Origin: Spirochaetia bacterium
GTDB taxonomy: Bacteria; Spirochaetota; Spirochaetia; SZUA-6; Bin103
Length of the DNA: 64,000 nt
Direction of reading: 5' to 3'
NCBI GenBank assembly: GCA_965203905.1
Contig: CBDBDQ010000005.1
Coordinates: forward strand, 2,784,001 to 2,848,000
Shown here: positions 27,038 through 36,722 of the stretch, piece after piece
Numbering within the stretch: the first letter of the stretch is position 1
How the letters are laid out: each line of letters begins with the position of its first letter
The notes under the pieces: model-generated
Database searches by the model: none
What the model was told of the DNA's origin: nothing
What the model saw: only the letters and a program-made list of their open reading frames with translations
Made by a program: the position numbers and the translations under genes

Positions 27038-28978
27038 TTACTTGAAGAAAAGCTGCTCGCCCGCGTACAGCAGCCACTGCGAGACGCCGTCCGAGAACAC
27101 GTTGCCCAGCCTGGCGTTGACGATCACCGGCTGCTTGGGCACGTCCATGAACGGGATGAAGGGAATGTTCTCGTACAGCGCCGCCTTGAAGTCGGCCAGC
27201 GCCCGGTCGCTCCATGGAATCCCCGGTCCCATCGCCAGGCCCAGGTTGTACACGTCGAGCCACCACTGGTCGGGCTGCTCGCCCTCGGCGCCGTTGGTCT
27301 GCAGCCACGAGCGCCACCGCGGGACGCCCTGGTGGAAGAAGTAGGCGACGTGGCCGAACCCGTACAGGGTGGTCGACTCGTCGCTCTCCAGCGCGATCTT
27401 GAGCTTGTTGGCGCGCATCTGCTCGCCGTGGAACGCCTGCTCCTGCACCTTGAAGGTGGCGAACAGGCCCACCGCCTTGAAGTACTCGGTGAGCAGCTCC
27501 GCGGTCGGGATCTTGTCCGGGAAGCGCGGGTTGATGGAGAAGAAGATCTCCAGCCGGCTGCCGTCGGTCTGCAGGCGCCAGCCCTGGGCGTCGCGCTGGT
27601 CCAGCCCCATCTCGTCCAGCAGCGCCTCGGCGGCGGCCGGGTCGTACTCGCTGGGCACCCAGGTGGAGGGCGAGGCGAAGCCGTAGTAGACGGTGTCCGC
27701 CACCTCCTGCGAGTTGATGGCATGGGTCAGGGCAAGGCGGAAGCGCCGGTCCTTGACCGTGTCGTTCCACAGCGGATCCTCGGAGGCGTAGTTGAAGAAC
27801 ACCGTGGCGCGGTTGTAGGGCTGCTCCATCGGCAGCACCAGGTAGCCGCCGCGCTCCGCGTTCTCCGCGTACAGCGGAATGGCGTCGATCTGGGTAATGG
27901 TGTCGTCGATGTCCACCTCGCCGGCGATCACCTTGAGGTTGAACGCCTCGCCATCCTCGATCTTGGTGAGCAGCAGCCGGTCGATGTAGGGGATCTGCCT
28001 GCCGGAACCGTCCACCTTGTAGTAGTACGGGTTGCGCTCGAACACCACCCGCGAGGCGCTCGACTCCACCACCATCCACGGCCACAGCACGGGTGTGCCG
28101 ATGATCTCCGGCACCCAGCGGTCGAAGGGGCGGGTGCCCACCGCGTCGTACATCTTGGTCCAGTCCTCGATGTTCTCCAGCCCCGCTTCCTTGACCAGCT
28201 TCAGCAGCTCTTCTTCAGAGACGTAGCTGCGGTGATACTGCTTCAGGTAGTGGGAGGGATTGAGAAACCGCTCGTAGCCCTTCCACGGCTTGTTGTTCTC
28301 GTCCAGGAACCCGGGCGTCGGCTCGTCGAACACCACCTTGAAGGTGCGGTCGTCCACCACCTGCACGTCCATCCAGTTGCCCCCGTCCCGGGTACCGGCC
28401 TTCAGCGAGCGGTTGCGGATGAAGTAGGTGGTGTTGAGCTCGTCGTTGAGAAAGAAGTCCTCGAAGGTGTAGCGCACGTCCTCGGTGGTCACCGGCGTGC
28501 CGTCCGACCAGCGCAGGCCCTCGCGGATGGTGAAGGTGAACTCCGAGTCGTCGTCGTTGGCGCTCCACGACTCCGCGACGTTGCCGGTCAGGGGATCGCC
28601 GATGTTGTAGCCCGGCCGCGACAGGAGCTGCTCGATCAGCATGAAGCTCAGCACCGGGGTGTTGAACGGGTGCTGATTGACCATGCGCAGGGTGCCGCCG
28701 TAGTTGCCGTCCTGGTAGTCCAGGATGCCGTCGGGCGCGTCGTTGCGCTGCCCGGTCAGCACCAGGGGATTGCCCGGCAGCCGTTCGTCGATCGGCGGCA
28801 ACTCGCCGCCGGCCACCCGTTGCGCGAGAAACGGCGGCTCCAGGTAGCCTCCGGCCGTCGCAATCTGCTCGCTCCCGGCAGCCTCGTCAGCCGCGGCGGC
28901 GGGCTGCTCCTCGCCGCCGCCCGCGAACAGTGGCAGCGCCAGCAGCAACGGCACCAGCGTCGCTATGGTAGCTCTCAT
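27038..28978 (-). CDS. ABC substrate-binding protein, family 5 (oligosaccharide-binding type)
   Basis: GELPPIDERLP, YGGTLR, REGLRWSDGTPVTTEDV, RNPYYYKVD..G.Q.PYIDR. Confidence 0.93.
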   Translation of the reverse strand: MRATIATLVPLLLALPLFAGGGEEQPAAAADEAAGSEQIATAGGYLEPPFLAQRVAGGELPPIDERLPGNPLVLTGQRNDAPDGILDYQDGNYGGTLRMVNQHPFNTPVLSFMLIEQLLSRPGYNIGDPLTGNVAESWSANDDDSEFTFTIREGLRWSDGTPVTTEDVRYTFEDFFLNDELNTTYFIRNRSLKAGTRDGGNWMDVQVVDDRTFKVVFDEPTPGFLDENNKPWKGYERFLNPSHYLKQYHRSYVSEEELLKLVKEAGLENIEDWTKMYDAVGTRPFDRWVPEIIGTPVLWPWMVVESSASRVVFERNPYYYKVDGSGRQIPYIDRLLLTKIEDGEAFNLKVIAGEVDIDDTITQIDAIPLYAENAERGGYLVLPMEQPYNRATVFFNYASEDPLWNDTVKDRRFRLALTHAINSQEVADTVYYGFASPSTWVPSEYDPAAAEALLDEMGLDQRDAQGWRLQTDGSRLEIFFSINPRFPDKIPTAELLTEYFKAVGLFATFKVQEQAFHGEQMRANKLKIALESDESTTLYGFGHVAYFFHQGVPRWRSWLQTNGAEGEQPDQWWLDVYNLGLAMGPGIPWSDRALADFKAALYENIPFIPFMDVPKQPVIVNARLGNVFSDGVSQWLLYAGEQLFFK

Positions 28979-29072
28979 TGTTCAATGCCTCCCCGGCGGC
29001 TCTCCCGCCGCCTGCGTGTCGAGCCAGGGTAGCGCGCGCCGCGCGCCCGCGCAATCGCGACCGCTACGGCTG

Positions 29073-32000
29073 CTACGGCTCGGGGTCGGCGAGCAGCCCG
29101 CCGCCGTCGATCCGCGCGCGCGTGGCCTCCAGCGCCCGCCGCAGCTCATCGGCGGTGGGGAAGTAGCCGGCGCCGGGGCGCAGGAAGTAGAGCGAAGCGA
29201 CCGGTGCGCTGCCGGTCGCCTGTTGCAGGGCGCCGGCGTACAGGGCGACCTGGCCCAGGTACGGAGCCGCGGACTGCTTGAGCCCCCCGCGCTTCACGGA
29301 GTCGGTCTTGAAGTCCACCAGGTGCCAGCGGCCGGCGTGCTCGTAGGCCAGGTCGATCGTGCCGTGCACCGGCGCGCCCTCCCAGTACCAGCCGAACGGC
29401 AGCTCGAAGTGGGCGCGGGTGGCGGGCTGGCGCAGCACCTGCGCCAGCTTGCTCCGGTCGAAGCGGTCGAGCATCTCGTCCACCTCGGCCAGCGCACGGC
29501 GCGCGGCGGGGCCGTCCGCGGTCGGATGCAGGCGTGCCAGCAGCGGTGCCAGGGTGGGCCGGTCGCCGGTCGTGAACCACGCCCGGAGCGCCTCGTGGGC
29601 CAGGTTGCCGCGCACCAGGGCCAGCCCGTCGCCGTGCCCGTGCAGCACGAGGCGCCTGGCCGGCGCGCGCAACGAGGTGACCGGCGTGCTGGAGCGCAAC
29701 GGGATCACCGCGGGGCGTTCGACCAGCGGCGCCGTCACCGCCCGTTCCGCGGAGGCGGACGGCACCGCGACTTCCGCCGGCGGCCCGGAGCGGGCGATGG
29801 CGTCCAGGTCGACCGACACCGGCGCCCGGATCTCCACCAGGTCGGGATCGATGCCGCCGAGCGACTCCCGGCACAGCGCCATCCAGCTCCCCTCCCGGGC
29901 GTCCTCGTCGCCGCTCACAAACAGCCGGTCGGCGGCGCGGGTGGCGGCGACGTAGAGCAGCCGGCGGTACTCGGCATCCTCCTCGCTGCGGTCGAGCTGG
30001 CGCAGCCACTGAAACAGGCCGGGCCGGCGCCGCCGCTCATCGTTGCCTTCCGGACTCAAGGTCACCGCGATGCCGTCCGCCGGGCGCCAGCGCACGGCAC
30101 CGAACGCCTCCGGCGGGCGGATGTGCGCTTCGGGCACGAACACGATCGGGAACTCCAGCCCCTTGGCGCCGTGAATGGTCAGCAGCCGCACCGCGTCGCT
30201 GCGGTCGACCACCGCCAGCCCCTCGCGATCGGCCAGCTCGTCGCGGCGCCGGTGCAGATAGGCGACCGCCTCGTCGATCGAGCGCCCGCCGAGGGTGCGC
30301 AGGATCGCGACCAGCTTGCGGACGTTGGCGAGCGCCTGCTCGCCGCCGCGCACCGGCGCCCACGCGGCCTCGAATCCGGTCAACGCCAGCGCCCGCTCGG
30401 CGATCGCGTCCGGGGGCTCCAGCGCCACCGCTTCTCTCAACTCCCGGAGCACCGCGGCGGCGTGGGTGCAGCGCTGCCGCGGGTCGCCGGCGACCTCGCC
30501 GGGCGGCTCGGCGAGGACGTGCAGCCAGCTCCCGCCGGCGCCGTGGCAGGCCAGCAGCGTGCGGTCGTCGATCATGAACAGCGGCGAGCGCAGTGCGCCC
30601 ACCAGCGCGATGTGGTCGTCCGGCTCGGCCAGCCACGCCAGCAGGTTGGTCAGGTCACGCACCTCCTGGCGGGTGAAGAAGCCGGCACCCGCCGGCGTGA
30701 CGTACGGCACGCCGTGGCTCTCAAGCGCCTGCTCGAACACGTGCACGTTGGCCAGCCGGCGCAACAGGATGGCCACGTCGCGTGGGGACGCCGCCCGCGC
30801 ACACCCCACCTCGGCGTCCCACACCGGCGCGCCCGCACCGAGCAGCGCGGCGACCTCCCGCGCGACGGCGTCCGCCTCCACGCGGCGCCGGTCCACGTCG
30901 TCGGCGCCAGCGCCGCCGGAGGCCTTCCCGGCGACCGGGATCACGCCGAGGTGCGGCCCCGCCCAGGCGGCGGATCCGCGCCCGGACATGCGCTGCATGC
31001 GGACGCCCCCGGCGCCGGCGCCGTCCGCGAACACCCGCTCGAACAGCCCGTTGCACACCTCCACCAGCTCGTTGTGGGTGCGGAACGACTGCGTCAGCGC
31101 CCGTACGGAGCCCCCTGCGCGCCCGATCTGCTCCTGGTAGCGATTGAAATGAGCCACGTCGCTGCCGCGGAACCGGTAGATCGACTGCTTGGCGTCGCCC
31201 ACCAGGAACCGATGCGGCCCGGTACCGGGCACCGGCGCGGCGCGGCTCGCGCCGGTGAGCAGGCGCAGCAGGCGCACCTGGGTCTCGTTCAGGTCCTGAG
31301 CCTCGTCCACCATGACGTGGCGCAGCCTGCCGCGGTACCCGGCGGCGATCTTCGGGTGGTGCTCCAGGAGGCGGATCGCCTCCAGCTCCAGGTCCAGGTA
31401 GTCGCACCCGGACAGGTCGGCCTTGCGCCCGCGGTAGCGGCTGCACGCGTCCTCGAACACGCCCTTCAGTGCGGCCATCACCTGCAGCGCCGCCGCCTCG
31501 AACGGCTGCCAGCGCGGCGCCTCCTGCATGCGCCGGGCGGCCTCGCGCACTTCCTTGAGATCCGTCTTGACGCCATCCAGGTCGTCCCAGTTCTTCTTGC
31601 TGCCCGCGTTCACCTTGATCAGCGGGTGCGCGGCGGCGAGCGCTTCCACCAGCTCGCCGGGATCCTCCGGCAGCGGGTCCGCGAGCGCGCCGAGCACCTC
31701 TTCGACCCGCTGCGCCAGCTTGTCGGACGGCACGGCTGCGGCGTGCGCCCGGCGCAGGCCGGCAATCAGGCGTTCCAGGTCCGGACGTTCCGGTTCCACC
31801 GCCGTGCGCAGCGCCTCGTCGAGCAGTGAACGGACCCGGTGTGGCCAGTCAGCGACCGTCGCGCCGAGCCGCCCGTAAGCCGCCGTCACCTCGTCGCGAC
31901 GTTCGATCATCTGCGGAAGCTGTTCGCTCAGCGAGAAGACGCCGAGTTCGCGAATGGCAAGGGCGCGCCCGTCGTCCGACTGCGCCGCGTCCTCCAGGGC

Positions 32001-32390
32001 GTCGAGGGCCGCTCCGATCCTCTCGTACTCAGCCTCGTCGTCGGGCAGCACACGCGCCGCGGCGATCGCCCCGGCCGCGACCGGATGCTCGCGCAGGATC
32101 TGCAGGCACAGCGCGTGGATGGTGCCGATCACCGCCTGGTCGAGTTCCGCCAGGTGACCGGCCAGCTCGGGACGGTCGCGCACCTCGCGCCGCACCCGCT
32201 CGCGCATCTCGGCGGCGGCGGCATCGGTGAAGGTGACCGCGGCGATCTCCGGGATGCGGCAGTCGCTCAGCAGCGCCACGTAGCGCTCCACCAGCACCCG
32301 GGTCTTGCCGCTGCCGGCGCCGGCGGCAACCAGGATGTCGGCATTGCGGTCGGCGACCACCGCCGCCTGTTGCCCGGTCAGCGTTTCCAT
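29073..32390 (-). CDS. addA: AddA-like UvrD helicase with C-terminal PD-(D/E)XK nuclease
   Basis: AGAGSGKT, VDEAQD, VGDAKQSIYRFRG, TIHGAKGLEF, YVAATRA, GTIDL..LVDFKT. Start METLT at 32390. Confidence 0.85.
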   Translation of the reverse strand: METLTGQQAAVVADRNADILVAAGAGSGKTRVLVERYVALLSDCRIPEIAAVTFTDAAAAEMRERVRREVRDRPELAGHLAELDQAVIGTIHALCLQILREHPVAAGAIAAARVLPDDEAEYERIGAALDALEDAAQSDDGRALAIRELGVFSLSEQLPQMIERRDEVTAAYGRLGATVADWPHRVRSLLDEALRTAVEPERPDLERLIAGLRRAHAAAVPSDKLAQRVEEVLGALADPLPEDPGELVEALAAAHPLIKVNAGSKKNWDDLDGVKTDLKEVREAARRMQEAPRWQPFEAAALQVMAALKGVFEDACSRYRGRKADLSGCDYLDLELEAIRLLEHHPKIAAGYRGRLRHVMVDEAQDLNETQVRLLRLLTGASRAAPVPGTGPHRFLVGDAKQSIYRFRGSDVAHFNRYQEQIGRAGGSVRALTQSFRTHNELVEVCNGLFERVFADGAGAGGVRMQRMSGRGSAAWAGPHLGVIPVAGKASGGAGADDVDRRRVEADAVAREVAALLGAGAPVWDAEVGCARAASPRDVAILLRRLANVHVFEQALESHGVPYVTPAGAGFFTRQEVRDLTNLLAWLAEPDDHIALVGALRSPLFMIDDRTLLACHGAGGSWLHVLAEPPGEVAGDPRQRCTHAAAVLRELREAVALEPPDAIAERALALTGFEAAWAPVRGGEQALANVRKLVAILRTLGGRSIDEAVAYLHRRRDELADREGLAVVDRSDAVRLLTIHGAKGLEFPIVFVPEAHIRPPEAFGAVRWRPADGIAVTLSPEGNDERRRRPGLFQWLRQLDRSEEDAEYRRLLYVAATRAADRLFVSGDEDAREGSWMALCRESLGGIDPDLVEIRAPVSVDLDAIARSGPPAEVAVPSASAERAVTAPLVERPAVIPLRSSTPVTSLRAPARRLVLHGHGDGLALVRGNLAHEALRAWFTTGDRPTLAPLLARLHPTADGPAARRALAEVDEMLDRFDRSKLAQVLRQPATRAHFELPFGWYWEGAPVHGTIDLAYEHAGRWHLVDFKTDSVKRGGLKQSAAPYLGQVALYAGALQQATGSAPVASLYFLRPGAGYFPTADELRRALEATRARIDGGGLLADPEP

Positions 32391-35311
32391 CGGCTGAACT
32401 GGTTGACGCGGCAGGCGTGCTGGAACGCACAGTAGGTGGGACAGGGCTGCACCATGGGGCGGACGCGGAAGTCGCCGGCGCGCACCGCCTCGCGTACCAG
32501 GCCGGCGCGCGTCGCGATGCCGTCGATCAATTCCCGGTCCGCGGCAACGTCCGAGTCGAGCTGCCACTCGGTGTGCCGCGCCCGCACCCACGCGTAGCGG
32601 GCGATGACCCGGTCGGCACGCGCCTGCTCGCGGGCCAGGTAGGCGTACAGCGGGAGTTGCACCCTGAGGTGGTCGTCCACCATCTTGCGGCTGATGGAGC
32701 GGCCGCTCTTGTAGTCGACCACCACGACCATTCCCGGAGCGGTATCCAGGCGGTCGAGGGTCGCCGCAACCGCCAGCGGCGGGGACAGCGGGAGCTCGGC
32801 CTCGATCCGCTTCTCCGCACCGCCCAGCGCGTTGACGCCGGCAGCGGCCGAGCGTTCCGCTTCCGCGCGCAGCAGGTCGGCGAGCCGCTCCAGCGCCGGC
32901 TCGCACTCGATCCGCCACAGCCCGGCCCGACCGAAGCCGTATTCCTGCGGCGCCCGCTCCCAGATCGCCCGGCCACGGCTGTGCAGCCGTTCGACCGCCG
33001 CGTCGACGGTGCCGGGCGCCAGCGGCTTGCGCCCCGCGATCAGATCCTGCAGGGCGTCCTGCAGCATCGCGTGCATCACCGTGCCGCGGGTGGCGGCGTC
33101 CGCCGTGTCCTGCTCGTCATCGAGCTCCCGCAGCCTGAGGGCGTAGCTCCCGAAGAACTGAAAGCCGCAGGTGAGGTAGCTCTCCAGCCGGGTGGCGCTC
33201 CACACCGCCCCGCGGTCGGTCAGCTCGGGCCGCAGGCCGCCCCCGACCGCTCCCTCGAATGCACCGGCATGGGTGAACGAGCGGCGGCGCTGCTCCACCC
33301 CGGCGGCCAGGCGCACCACGGCCCACGCCGCGCCGCCCCGCGGTGGCCGTGCGCGCCCGCCGCCGCTCCATCCGCTGGTGCAGGCGATGGCCAGCTCGCG
33401 GCGGGAGGCCGCTCCGGCCGGCTCCGGCACCGCCGTCGCGGTGGCCGCGTCCCCCTCCGCCGCGTCGAAGTAGAGTGATGCGGCGACCTGCCGGCCGCGC
33501 TCGTCGAGGCGCGTCCGCCACGCGGTCAACGCGGTGTCGGCACGGCTGCGCACGGAGTGCCACAACTCATCCTCGGTGGGCTCGGGCGGCGGCGGCAGCT
33601 CCAGTCCGGCGCCCGCCAGCGCCTGCCGCACCGAGCGCGACAGGAGCAGCGGCGCCTGGCGCGATGCCGGGAACTCGCCCTCGACCAGGCCGCCCGCCTC
33701 CAGGAAGGCGAGCCGCAGTCCGGCCAGCGCACCCATCGGCGCCAGCAGCACGCCGCCCGCCTCGCGCAGGATCGCCGCCGGCGCCTCCAGCCGCGCCAGC
33801 AGCCGATCGACGAACGTGGAGAACGGAACCGGTCCTTCCCGCAGGGCGTCGCCCAGGGCGGCGATGTCGTCCAGGTGCCCGCGCAGGGCATCGATCTCCT
33901 CGCCGAGCCCCGGATGTCCCCGTACCGCGGGATGGATGAGCGGCGGCCTCCCGAACAGGGCCGCCTGCACCTGGCGGGCGTGCATCCCGATCGGCGCGGG
34001 CGGCGGTTCCAGGAACGCGTACAGGTACGCCAACGCGCCGGGCAAGCCGCGAGCCTCCATACCGGGAAGGGCGGGTGCGTCACCGTGGCGCGCTGCGCGT
34101 GCCGCTTCCGGGGCGGCCTGCCCGTTCGCCGGTGCGCTCTCCGCCAGCCGGTCGAGGGCCTCGCGACCGGCCCAGCGGTGCTGCTCCCTGCCCAGGCGGG
34201 CGATGCGGGCGATCGCCGGCGGGTCGAGGCCCCAGCGGCCGCGGTCGATGAAGCCGCTGCGCAGCACCGTGATCAGGTCACGGAGCCGCCATCCCTCCTC
34301 GGGCAGCCGCAGCAGCCGCCGCACCCAGACGCCGAGTGGGCGATTGGCGAGCGGCTCGCCGGCCACGGGGTCCAGCGGCAGGTCGTACTCGGCGAACACC
34401 TGCCGCGTCAGGCCCAGAACCGGACCGATGCGGCGGAACGTCACCCCGCAGTCGGAGGGACGCAGGTTGCGGTCGCCGGTGAGACGGCGCTTGATGGCAC
34501 GTGCCATGGCACGCAGCTCGGCTTCGCGGTCGGCGGCTACGCAGCCGCGCACCCGCGGGGGCGGCGCACTTCCGCCGGCCGGTTCGATCAGCGCCTCCGG
34601 GAACAGGTGACGCAGGCGCTGGTAAGAGTGGGCGGCGCGCTCGCCGGCGCCGGGATCGAACGCCAGCAGCAGATCGCGGTCACGGGCGAGCGCGGCCAGC
34701 AGGCGCAACTCGCCGCCGTGGAAGAAGCGGAAGCCGTCGACCAGCACCAGGGATGGCAGTGCGGGCGCGTCCCCGACTGCCGCGGCCGCGGCCGGCAGTG
34801 CCGCAGGAGCGATCCAGCGGTGCGCCTCCAGGGCGGCTCGATAGGCGTCGTAAATGGCCGCGATCGCGGCGAGCTGCGGGTCGCCGGTAGTTCCGGCCGC
34901 CGTAGCGAAGCGCTGCGCCGGGATGTCCTCGGCCAGCAGCTCTTCCACCGCCGCCCACAGCATCGGCAGCGCGGCGGCCGCTCCCAGCGGCGCGAAGTGG
35001 GCTGCGGCGCCGGTCTCGATCCGCCGGCGGGTGACGCTGACGAGCAGCTCGCGCGCGGCCCCGACCGACGCCGCGGCCAGCCCGGTGTCGAAGCGGCGTG
35101 CCACGGCGCGCGGGGTCTCCACCTGCAGATCCAGCGCCACCCCGCACAGCGCCAGCAGCCGGCGGCGGAACTGGTCGCCGTGGCGCACCGTGGGCACCAG
35201 CACCAGCGTGGCCGCAAACGGGTTCTGCCGATACCGGTCCGCCGCCCGCCGCAGCAACGCCTCGGTCTTCCCGGACCCGGCCGGCCCGACTATGAGGGTA
35301 GGGCTTGCGAT
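32378..35311 (-). CDS. addB: AddB-like PD-(D/E)XK nuclease subunit with Fe-S cysteines
   Basis: N-terminal GPAGSGKT, SATRLESYLTC, LDRLD..VVDYKS, C-terminal CPTYCAFQHAC; coupled to addA. Start codon uncertain. Confidence 0.8.
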   Translation of the reverse strand: MASPTLIVGPAGSGKTEALLRRAADRYRQNPFAATLVLVPTVRHGDQFRRRLLALCGVALDLQVETPRAVARRFDTGLAAASVGAARELLVSVTRRRIETGAAAHFAPLGAAAALPMLWAAVEELLAEDIPAQRFATAAGTTGDPQLAAIAAIYDAYRAALEAHRWIAPAALPAAAAAVGDAPALPSLVLVDGFRFFHGGELRLLAALARDRDLLLAFDPGAGERAAHSYQRLRHLFPEALIEPAGGSAPPPRVRGCVAADREAELRAMARAIKRRLTGDRNLRPSDCGVTFRRIGPVLGLTRQVFAEYDLPLDPVAGEPLANRPLGVWVRRLLRLPEEGWRLRDLITVLRSGFIDRGRWGLDPPAIARIARLGREQHRWAGREALDRLAESAPANGQAAPEAARAARHGDAPALPGMEARGLPGALAYLYAFLEPPPAPIGMHARQVQAALFGRPPLIHPAVRGHPGLGEEIDALRGHLDDIAALGDALREGPVPFSTFVDRLLARLEAPAAILREAGGVLLAPMGALAGLRLAFLEAGGLVEGEFPASRQAPLLLSRSVRQALAGAGLELPPPPEPTEDELWHSVRSRADTALTAWRTRLDERGRQVAASLYFDAAEGDAATATAVPEPAGAASRRELAIACTSGWSGGGRARPPRGGAAWAVVRLAAGVEQRRRSFTHAGAFEGAVGGGLRPELTDRGAVWSATRLESYLTCGFQFFGSYALRLRELDDEQDTADAATRGTVMHAMLQDALQDLIAGRKPLAPGTVDAAVERLHSRGRAIWERAPQEYGFGRAGLWRIECEPALERLADLLRAEAERSAAAGVNALGGAEKRIEAELPLSPPLAVAATLDRLDTAPGMVVVVDYKSGRSISRKMVDDHLRVQLPLYAYLAREQARADRVIARYAWVRARHTEWQLDSDVAADRELIDGIATRAGLVREAVRAGDFRVRPMVQPCPTYCAFQHACRVNQFSRWKR

Positions 35312-35385
35312 CCCCTATCGTACCGCGATGGGGCCGGCTCCGAGTACCGCTCCCATCGACGGCGCTGCGTGTCTTCCGGCGAGCG

Positions 35386-36444
35386 TCAGGCCAACTCGAC
35401 GACCTGGCCGGTACGGACGGAGCGGTCGGCGGCCAGGACCACCCGCAGGCTGTTCACCGCTGCCTCGAGGTCGGGCTCCAGGTCGCGGTCGTTGCGGATG
35501 GCGTCCCGCAGGTAGCGCTGCTCGCGGCGGCACAGCGCGTCGTGGTCCGGTTCGGCGCTGGTGTCGAGGAAGCGGTCGGCGCGGGCGAAGCCGTCGCCGG
35601 CAGTCTCGGCGTGGTGGATCAGGAAGCCGCCGGTGGAGGTGTGGGCCGCCAGGCGGGCGGATTCGCCGGGCGGGTGGTCGACCATGCTGACGCTGCCGCG
35701 GGGTCCGATTACGTCCTTCACGAAGTAGGCGGTCTCGCTCATCATCGGCCCCCAGCCGGCCTCGTACCAGCCCACCGAACCGTCGTCGAACGTGACCTGG
35801 AGCTGCCCGTAGTTGTACATGTCGGGGGCGATCTCGTCGCTGAGGCGGGCGCCGATGGCATGCACCCGCCGCGGTGCGGCCCCGGTCATCTGGCACATCA
35901 CGTCCACGTAGTGCACGCCGCAGTCCACGATCGGCGACATGGAGCGCATCAGGTTGCGGTGGCCGCGCCATCCGGCGCCGCTGGACTGTTGGTTGAGGTT
36001 CATCCGCATCACCAGCGGGGTGCCCAGGCCGCGCGCGTGGTCGATGAAGGTGCGCCACGACGGATGGTGGCGCAGGATGTGGCCGACCACCACCTTGAGC
36101 CCGCGGGCGCGCGCGGTGGCGACGAGCTCCCGCGCCTCGGCCTCCGTCTCCGCCAGCGGCTTCTCCACGAACAGGTGGCAGTCCGCCTGCAGCGCGGCCA
36201 GCGCGTAGCGGTAGTGGGAGTCGGGGTGGGTGTTCACCGACACCACGCGAACGCCGCCGGCCGCGATGCCCCGCTCGAACGACTCGTACGCCGGCACCCC
36301 CAGCTCGGCGGCCAGGGCGTTGCGGGAGGCGGCGCCGCGGCTCACCACGCCGGTCACGTGGAAGCCGTCGATCTCCCGATAGGCGCGCGCGTGGGAACTT
36401 CCCATCGCACCGCAGCCCACTACCAGCACTCCAAGCGAATCCAT
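35386..36444 (-). CDS. Gfo/Idh/MocA family oxidoreductase
   Basis: VVGCGAMG, EKPLA, DCGVHYVD. Confidence 0.92.
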   Translation of the reverse strand: MDSLGVLVVGCGAMGSSHARAYREIDGFHVTGVVSRGAASRNALAAELGVPAYESFERGIAAGGVRVVSVNTHPDSHYRYALAALQADCHLFVEKPLAETEAEARELVATARARGLKVVVGHILRHHPSWRTFIDHARGLGTPLVMRMNLNQQSSGAGWRGHRNLMRSMSPIVDCGVHYVDVMCQMTGAAPRRVHAIGARLSDEIAPDMYNYGQLQVTFDDGSVGWYEAGWGPMMSETAYFVKDVIGPRGSVSMVDHPPGESARLAAHTSTGGFLIHHAETAGDGFARADRFLDTSAEPDHDALCRREQRYLRDAIRNDRDLEPDLEAAVNSLRVVLAADRSVRTGQVVELA

Positions 36445-36491
36445 CTCTGCCCCCGGCGTGTGCGCCGGCAGTATCCCACGACTGCGGCGCT

Positions 36492-36520
36492 TTGACAGGC
36501 CAGCCGGGCGCTCCTACATT
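36492..36520 (+). promoter_or_regulatory. sigma70 promoter, copy 1
   Basis: TTGACA-17 nt-TACATT; near-identical to 50300-50328. Confidence 0.7.
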
Positions 36521-36552
36521 GGCGCCCTGCGGCGTCAAAGGAGCGGTCGCGC

Positions 36553-36620
36553 TCGCCGCCGTGCTGCTGCTCAACCTGGTGGGCGACAGCCTCCATGACG
36601 CCGCCGACCCGTACCAGAGA
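36553..36620 (+). repeat. degenerate copy of the dppC 3' end (52461-52528)
   Basis: Reads AAVLLLNLVGDSLHDAADPYQR versus AAVLLFNFVGDGLRDAADPYKR. Confidence 0.88.
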
Positions 36621-36722
36621 CAACGCTGAGGTATACCCCGGCAGTTCGCGGCCGCCTGCCGGCGGCTGGCGGGCGGGCTTCGTAGGAGGCGCGTGAGCCG
36701 GACACCTCAAAGGAGCGTCACA

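Noticed and set aside
26792-31829. Long plus-strand ORFs 26792..29032 and 28965..31829
   Set aside because: Antisense to the SBP and addA genes, which carry clear family motifs.
29073-35311. Helicase-nuclease pair as novel defence system or Cas4 module
   Set aside because: Order, sizes and motifs match ordinary AddAB-type recombination repair; composition is like the backbone.
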